This document shows, in pieces, positions 63,262-64,000 of a stretch of DNA of 64,000 nucleotides. A model generated the notes under the pieces. The model was not told where the DNA came from. It was given only the letters and a program-made list of their open reading frames with translations, and made no database searches. This stretch comes from Ginglymostoma cirratum (taxonomy: Eukaryota), in NCBI GenBank assembly GCA_024137785.1, contig JAHRHZ010000018.1, positions 36,612,543-36,676,542 on the forward strand, in the 5' to 3' direction. The position numbers and the translations under genes were made by a program. Each line of letters begins with the position of its first letter. The first letter of the stretch is position 1.

Positions 63262-64000
63262 GGGAGTGTACGTTTATATACGTGGTACATCCCTTGTTCT
63301 AATCCTATTCTGGTCCCGACCCACAACTCTTTCTCCGATATATCGATTACATCATCGGTGTTGCTTCCCTCTCTCATCCGGAATTGGAAAAGTTCATCGA
63401 TTTTGCTTCCAATTTCCACCCCGCCCTCACTTTCACCTGGTCTACCTCTAACTCCTCCATTCCCTCCCTCGACATCTCTGTTTCCATTTCTGGGGATAGA
63501 CTGGCCACCAGAATCCACTATAAAGCCAATAATTCCTATAGCTACCTGGATTATACATCCTCACACCCTGCTCCCTGTAAAGATTCCAAATCATTCTCTC
63601 AGTTCCTCCATCTGTGTCATATATGTTCTGATGAGGCCAACTTCGACAAAGGAATCTCCAAAATGTTCACCTTCTTCCTCAACTGAGGATTCCCTAGCAC
63701 GGTGGTTGACAGGGCCCTCAACCGGGTCCGACCCATCTCCCACACTTCCACCCTCACCCCTCTCTTTGCTCCAGCAACAGTGATGGGTTCCCCTTGTCCT
63801 TACCTACCATCCCACCAGCTTCCACATCCAGAAGATCATCAGATGCCATCCCATCCCCTCCCTTGTCTGCCTTCTGCAGGGACCGTTCCCTCTGGGTCAC
63901 CTTGGTTCACACTTCCTTCACTCCAACAACCCCCATCAGCCCTACCGCACCTTCCCCTGCAACCAGCGAAGGTGCAACACCTGCCCATTTACCTCCTCCC
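63262..64000 (+). mobile_element. Penelope-like element ORF remnant (RT C-terminal half, thumb, Cys linker toward GIY-YIG)
   Basis: PQLFLRYIDYIIG..LEKFIDFASNFHPALTFTWSTS..SIPSLDISVSI..IHYK..YLDYTSSHP..CKDS..FSQFLHL..ICSD..*GFPSTVVDRAL..PLVLTYHP..FPCNQRRCNTCPF are typical PLE RT motifs. Catalytic YIDD reads YIDY; stop at 63684; runs off the window end. Confidence 0.88.

Noticed and set aside
1-64000. CRISPR array or prokaryotic operon/defence system
   Set aside because: The sequence is vertebrate intronic DNA, with no regularly spaced repeat-spacer array and no dense coding.

Overview
Eukaryotic, AT-rich, repeat-dense vertebrate DNA, most likely from a shark or other cartilaginous fish (inferred from the repeat families). 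I found no intact protein-coding gene, and nearly all ORFs in the track are spurious or transposon debris. The main host feature is an unprocessed usherin (USH2A) pseudogene on the + strand. Homologs of human exon 63 (18315-20057) and exon 64 (31057-31362) carry multiple frameshifts, in-frame stops, damaged splice sites and a retroelement insertion. The rest is a layered set of mobile elements: a Penelope-like RT/GIY-YIG remnant plus many short TSD-flanked Penelope-derived copies with minimal hammerhead-ribozyme cores, PIF/Harbinger elements (transposase + Myb/SANT), CR1/L2 LINEs, tRNA- and Deu-type SINEs, and a Gypsy-like LTR element. There is also a TSD-flanked retrocopy of the exact 5' end of 18S rRNA, and two assembly gaps. 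All homology calls were made by eye from remembered sequences and need alignment to confirm.
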